Source: the human T2T-CHM13v2.0 reference genome, Homo sapiens. Taken from it: 64,000 nt of DNA. Of the stretch, positions 61,655-64,000 are shown in pieces; position 1 is the stretch's first letter; each line of letters starts with the position of its first letter. The position numbers were made by a program, and so were the translations under genes. The notes under the pieces were generated by a model, which had not been told where the DNA came from, did not search any database, and saw only the letters and a list, made by a program, of their open reading frames with translations. The stretch lies in the NCBI RefSeq assembly GCF_009914755.1, contig NC_060930.1; one strand, 5' to 3'.

Positions 61655-61947
61655 TTTTTTTTTTTTTTTTGAGATGCAGTCTCACTCCATTGCCCAGGCG
61701 AGAGTGCAGTAGCACGATCTCAGCTCACGGCAACCTCCATCGCCAAGGCTCAGGCGATTCTCCTGCCTTAGGCTCCTAGGCAACTGGGATTATAGGTATG
61801 TACCACTCGGCTAATTTTTATATTTTTAGGAGAGACAGGGTTTCATCGTGTTGGCCAGGGTGGTCTCAAACTCCTGGCCTCAAGAGATCCGCCCACCCTA
61901 GCCTCCCAAAGTGCTGGGATTACAGGTGTGAGCTACCTCACCCAGCC
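61655..61947 (-). mobile_element. Alu (S/J) with (CTG)5 beyond the tail
   Basis: full dimer. Confidence 0.92.
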
Positions 61948-62184
61948 CAGAACTACCTTGCTTCTGAATGGTACTCCACCCCCTCACCTCACACACATAC
62001 AAGCACCCAGAAGCAATGTGTTGCAGGTATGCTTTCACTTTCATTGGCAAAGGACTCTCTCCTCGTCTTGCAAAAGTGAACCTATGCTCTCAGCATCCAT
62101 AAGACCACACAAACACCACCTGTCTTGGCAAGTTGACAGGACCTTGGGTAGCATCCACAGCCCCTCCTCAATGCTCCCATCACA

Positions 62185-62290
62185 TTTGCTAAGCCCTTGC
62201 TAAGTGCCAGATATGCAGGAGCATGAGGTACAAAGAGAAGTAGGATAAGGTACCTACCTGCCTTCAAGCAGTTCACAGCCTCCAGGGAGA
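62185..62290 (-). mobile_element. L2 3' end
   Basis: aagtgccaga...cctgccttcaagcagttcacagcc. Confidence 0.55.
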
Positions 62291-63795
62291 GAAAGAGGAA
62301 ACAGAGAATTTTGAAATTATGTGGTTCATGAAATGGCAAAAGTATACACCAGCGTAATTTACCACGTTGTATTTTAACTACTTTTTCCTCTCTCTCCTCC
62401 TTCTCTCCAAGGTGAGTGACTCTGGTGTAGGTACTGGATCCACAAGTATCTTTGAATCCCCTATGCTGAGCATGGTACTGAAATGATCTGAACTTCATAA
62501 ATGTCTCCTGGAGAGCAATGCAATGGTATTTTAAGAAACAAATCCATGTGTCTTAATGTTTCAGAATGGTGATCAGTATACTTATCAACTACTAACCTGG
62601 ACCTATGCAATGTATTACAATACTAGTTAATTTCAGCAACAAAACAAACATCTTTAACCTCAGAGATCCTCTGATCTTTTAGTCCTAGCTACACAGTCTT
62701 GGCTTTGGTTTTGTAAAATGGGGAAACAATGAAAGCTGACCCCATCTGTTTTTTTTTTTTTTCCCTGGACGTCAATGCATTCTCACTTGTTTTTACTGGT
62801 AAGACTGAAAACTTTCACCCACTAACCTTCAATTTCTATCCATGGCTAATTCATTGGTAATTTCTTGCAACTTTCAGAAAAACAGTAATTCTCAATTTGA
62901 CACAGGTTTGCCAATATGCATTTAAAGACCTCTTACACTTCAAACCTTGGACTTGCAGATATGAAAAATAATAACATTCTCAGTATTCTACTCTTCACCT
63001 TTGCCCTGCCCTGAGCACTATCTAAAAACCAATGACAGAAATGAATTGCAAACATAGCATGAAGCACTGCTGCAATTAATCAACCCAGAGCCCAAGGGAG
63101 GAATTGTTTCTATTTTTAAATGCACTGTTACTTTAAGGGAAAAGTCTGTGGAGAAATATGAAACCAAGCTGCATAATGAAAATAAAAATGCATTTGGTGT
63201 CTTCATCTGTGCAAAGACAGTAATCCTAATGTACAAGGAGCACTGTTTTGTTGACTACTCAGTTTGTCTGTAAATGAAATGACCGGTACTCAAGACAGAA
63301 TCCCACAGAAAGCTCATCTGCTATTCAAAGAATTAGATCCGTCAGAAGGACAAAACACGAGAGTACCCATATTTCAATGCTATTTTTATAACTCCAGATA
63401 AGGGACTATCGTAAGTAAGCAGATGAATAGATCCCAAAATCACCCTTCAAATCTTTACCTAAAAGATCCTGATTAGTAACTAACGTGGTTCAGCCCGAAA
63501 AATGATCAACTGATTACTTAGCATTTGGAACCAACTGTCCACAGTTATAGATTGTACCAAATCCCACAAAATCAAATCTGTTTCTCTTCACAAATGACAA
63601 CACTTCATGTCATTAAACAGTAGCTAACAGTCGCACTGCTTATGGTTAAGAGTGACAAGGAGCAGGTGCCAAGCCAGCAAGGAAAACAAGTAACGGCTAC
63701 ACAACAGGAGCTAAAAAGTATTCTACCTGTTCCCCCAGACTGCTTTCAAGAATCTGACCCAACAGAATTTTTTCCCGAAACAATATGCAGTTTGC

Positions 63796-63826
63796 GGGGG
63801 GGGGGGGGGGGGGGGGGGGGGAGGGG
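63796..63826 (+). repeat. G26-A-G4 homopolymer (potential G-quadruplex)
   Basis: read directly. Confidence 0.9.
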
Positions 63827-64000
63827 ACATTCGTTGGTGATATGGGCATCTAATTTAATCTGTAAATATTTAATGTACTCAATGAGTTTACTTACTATCA
63901 CCATGAAATATGCTATACTATCTACACTGCTATAAATGCATCTAAAAATACATCCATTACTAGACAACATTCAGTACAATGTACAATAAACACTACATTC

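Overview
Ape (probably human) genomic DNA that is very Alu-rich (about 49 Alu elements or fragments). I could not recognise any protein-coding exon; the supplied ORFs are Alu-, LTR- or L1-derived, or unrecognisable. An apparent A-over-T excess on + and the mostly + orientation of L1, LTR and retrocopy insertions suggest one long intron of an unidentified minus-strand gene (inference). Firm features: a processed RPS12 pseudogene (31663-32150); solo LTRs MER41B (truncated), MLT1B, MER21A and LTR12C; HAL1, L1, L2 and MIR fragments; several hAT and Tc-mariner MITEs. Most notable observations: (1) a CpG-rich LTR12C nested in an Alu inside a MER5A, with a strand-biased G>A erosion patch that starts at the predicted TSS and runs past the LTR end into the host Alu; (2) a ~250-270 bp inverted repeat of apparently unique sequence around a 2.2 kb spacer, with an identity gradient; (3) a 94 bp templated insertion and several template-switch palindromes. 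Repeat family calls rest on remembered consensus sequences, not a database run; boundaries of old repeats are approximate.
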